Shown piece by piece: positions 61,015 through 64,000 of a stretch of DNA of 64,000 bases (the first letter of the stretch is position 1; each line of letters starts with the position of its first letter). Under the pieces are notes generated by a model. That model made no database searches. It was given only the letters and a program-made list of their open reading frames with translations, and had not been told where the DNA came from. Source of the stretch: Octopus sinensis (lineage: Eukaryota); the NCBI RefSeq assembly GCF_006345805.1, contig NC_043014.1, forward strand, positions 12,648,001 to 12,712,000, read 5' to 3'. Position numbers and translations under genes: made by a program.

Positions 61015-64000
61015 CCAACTTGAATGATGACAGAGAATTGCCAGCTTCAAGAAGTGAGATTAATTTCCAGTTTTATCACTGATGCCAATGATTTTTCTAA
61101 TCAATCAATTGAACTTGTTGCTGGATCCAATAAAAGTATTTATCGGAAAAAACCTGCAATAATACCCAGGAAACATCTCAGAGATCAAGTTAAAGATGGA
61201 TCCATAACTGTAGAACGCTTACAGACATCATCTGAAAATCAATGTACAACAAATTCTGGCAGTGTTTATCTCTTGAATTTAGAAACACAAAAGCCATTGA
61301 TTTTCAAGCCAAGTGACCAGAATTCTTGCAGTGATTCCAAAAGAAACACAAGCGAAATATCTAATAAACTGCTGATATCCCACGAGGTAAAAATCTGCCC
61401 ATATGAGACAAGTAGTTATTGTTGTCTAAATCATCGAAGCCATTGAATCATGAAAGATGCAAAGAACAGCTCTTGCTTCTGTCACCGCCTTCACAACCAC
61501 CTCCTCTGTATGATGGCTTAGATTTTCATGAAGAAAACCTTGAACATGATGCAAATGCTTCTTTGTGCGACGGAAATTATAAAGGTGTTGTATCACCGCT
61601 TAAACTGAGTAGCAACCCAAAGGATTCTGTCATTGACAAAGATATGATAGGTGATCTCATCGAACTATACAATAAACCTGATAGTGTTAAAGATAATAAT
61701 ACATGTTATCAGGTTGGTGGCGATGATAAAAAGGATGTAGTTGAGAATAATAGGTCCAATGGCTACAATAAATTCGATGCACCTCAAAATAATGCACATG
61801 TGCAATCCAATGGCTTTAATAAGCGTGATGTATCAAAGAATAAAATGCATGCTTTATCTGAGGAGTATGATAAACGTAGAATATCACCCAGCAATACACA
61901 TCTGCCACATAATGGCTATTGTCAGTCTAGATTATCACCAGATGGCTCGTATAGGTTAAATGAAGGTACCGAAAGAAACTTACCTTCAGATACCATTCAT
62001 GCTTTGTATGAGGATTACCATGAAAATATCATATCTAATGATAATTCATATGACGACTTCATAAAAAATCTATCTCCTGGCAACCACAGTGATGACTATT
62101 ATGAAGTATTACCCAATACAATCTACATTGATGACCACAAGAAGGTTTTATCTTCTGATTACACTCAATCCTTGTCTGAAGACTATTATAAAAGCACATG
62201 TACTGAGAATGAGGAGTACTACAAAAGACATGATTTAATAGAAGATATTGGATCCAGAGATTACACCAGAACTGTTTATGACAGTTACAACAATTATTCC
62301 TCAAATGTTGTATCACCAGATAACTCATACTCTCTGAATGACAACTGTCCAGGCCATGCTGTATCTTCAAACAAAAACCAAAGGTATTCTGTCGATGAAT
62401 ACAAAACTATCATATCTTCAGACGATGGACGTTCTTTCTGCTCAGATACCAGGCCATTTGTTAAAAAGCGGTCGTACTCCAACAGTAACCAGAATTACAT
62501 ATCACCAGATACTGTACAGAATCGGTACACAGATTCTCAGAGAAATATGGCTTCCTCAGTTGGTAGTCCAACTTCAAATGTAGAACTACAAGAAAATGTA
62601 ACATCTCTAATAGACAGTCAAGATTTCCCTGTTGATTACACTGAAGATAGCGGGTTACAAAATGAAAGAATTTTCACAAGGTCTCCCAAACCATTCCCAT
62701 TGGATATTTCCAGTAAATATAGTCCAATAGAAAAAGATGAAAAAGTTTCAAGTTCATTTATTGATCACTCTGAAAGGACCAATGTGGTGTTCAATCCTTT
62801 AAATGGAAGAGAATCAATCTCTAGCATTCAAATACCAATTCAAATAAAACCACGCAAGAATGTTCAGAGAATTTTCCTAATGTTTATAGAATTGACAGTG
62901 ATAACCAGAGGAATAACAATGACAACACAAAAATGAGATATGTAAAACCTCCAAAATTTTTGAGCTGTGGAAAATCTCACATGAATGGTGAAGAGACAGT
63001 GGTAGTTAATGAGGATTATCAGAATATGATTAGTCCTGTATTTGCAGGACAATTTAATTTTGATGACGGGGAAATACAACAATCTGTCAATAGTGTTAAT
63101 GAAATCTTCACACTTCCTTATAAGATTTCAGAAAACTATCTCCAAGACGATAGCCTAGATGGACACATGAATCCTTTACTGGCATCCTCACCATTATCAC
63201 CAAGATTCCCGAGGCATGAGATGTCTGACAGATTTAACAGAGTGAAAAGCAATGTTCAAAAGGAAAATAATCCTTTAAAACAGGAAGGAACGGGTTGTAG
63301 ATGATGTCTTCTATTTGGATTCTCCTGATAATAGAACAAGCTCTAGAGCTTTACCATCTAGAAGTAGTTTTTGTACATTTTCAGAGAATCCTTCTCATGA
63401 CTACGATAAAAGGAAATCAAAGCAGGAACATCAACAGACCAAAAGAGCCACCAGTTGGAGTTCAAATGGTGATTTACATGATGTCTCTGACAACTTGTTT
63501 CAAAATAACAGAACAAAACCTAATTATTTCTACTTCAGTCAGCAACAATCTCCACTTCATTACGAAGATATCGAGGAAAGTTTTCCCTTTTCAGCTGGTT
63601 CACCAAAGGTTAATTCTGACTACTACTACACCTTGGACCCTCTTGCTGCGAGTACTTCAGAAGGAATGTTGAAATACAGTGAAAAAATATAAAGAAAATA
63701 CTAATAAGCAATACAGTCGAAGGCACTCAAGTTTAGTAACTGATGAATCTGGATTTGTAGATGGTAGTAATTTCTCTGCTGCTTCTGGTTCTGCTGACTA
63801 TCACCAAAACATTGAAAAAATCTCAATGCTTTCGTTTTCTAACTCTGAAGAATATGAATTTAATAATGTAGAGGTCTTTCCAGCTTATGTTGATAATTAT
63901 GAAAACTATGTGAATAGTCCTGGTATTAATGTTTCAGTTGATCCTAGGAAAAAGACAAAAAGGGTTTCTTTCAGTTGTAGCAAAGAGACAGGGTTTGAAA
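61015..64000 (+). CDS. Large coding exon of an unidentified S/N/D/Y-rich, probably disordered protein, running off the window end
   Basis: A T-rich tract and gtag acceptor at 61011-61014. ORFs 61024-61446, 61419-62936, 62933-63304, 63315-63692 and an open frame to 64000 chain together via single-base indels at short homopolymers (~61064, 61416, 62872, 63292, 63682). No domain recognised. Confidence 0.75.

Overview
AT-rich, repeat-dense eukaryotic DNA. The repeat content (RTE LINEs, tRNA-derived SINEs, very abundant microsatellites) looks like an octopus/coleoid genome, which is an inference. Genes: (1) The 3' part of a USF3 (KIAA2018)-like bHLH-ZIP gene on +, with an 84-nt zipper exon (5317-5400) and a ~6.8-kb terminal exon (8187-14966) broken by four single-base homopolymer frameshifts, probably assembly errors. 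(2) A large low-complexity coding exon of an unidentified gene at ~61015-64000 on +, broken the same way, with a cryptic 17-aa repeat and a KRVSF motif. (3) A possible hidden ~87-aa spliced gene on - (52606-52394 joined to 45741-45691), downstream of a CCAAT-box cluster at ~55.3 kb. The rest is nested mobile DNA: a near-intact RTE RT region plus many RTE 3' ends, a CR1-type LINE remnant, mariner remnants, TTAA (piggyBac-type) MITEs, several modular tRNA-SINE families and a 4.8-kb (CATA)n array with higher-order structure. The most interesting non-obvious signals are hammerhead-ribozyme motifs in fold-back (Penelope-like) elements, a Tx1/L1-like LINE end found twice inside (TATC)n, and a SINE that shares this LINE's 3' tail and forms tandem and dimeric arrays. 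Most ORFs in the supplied track are microsatellite or SINE artefacts.
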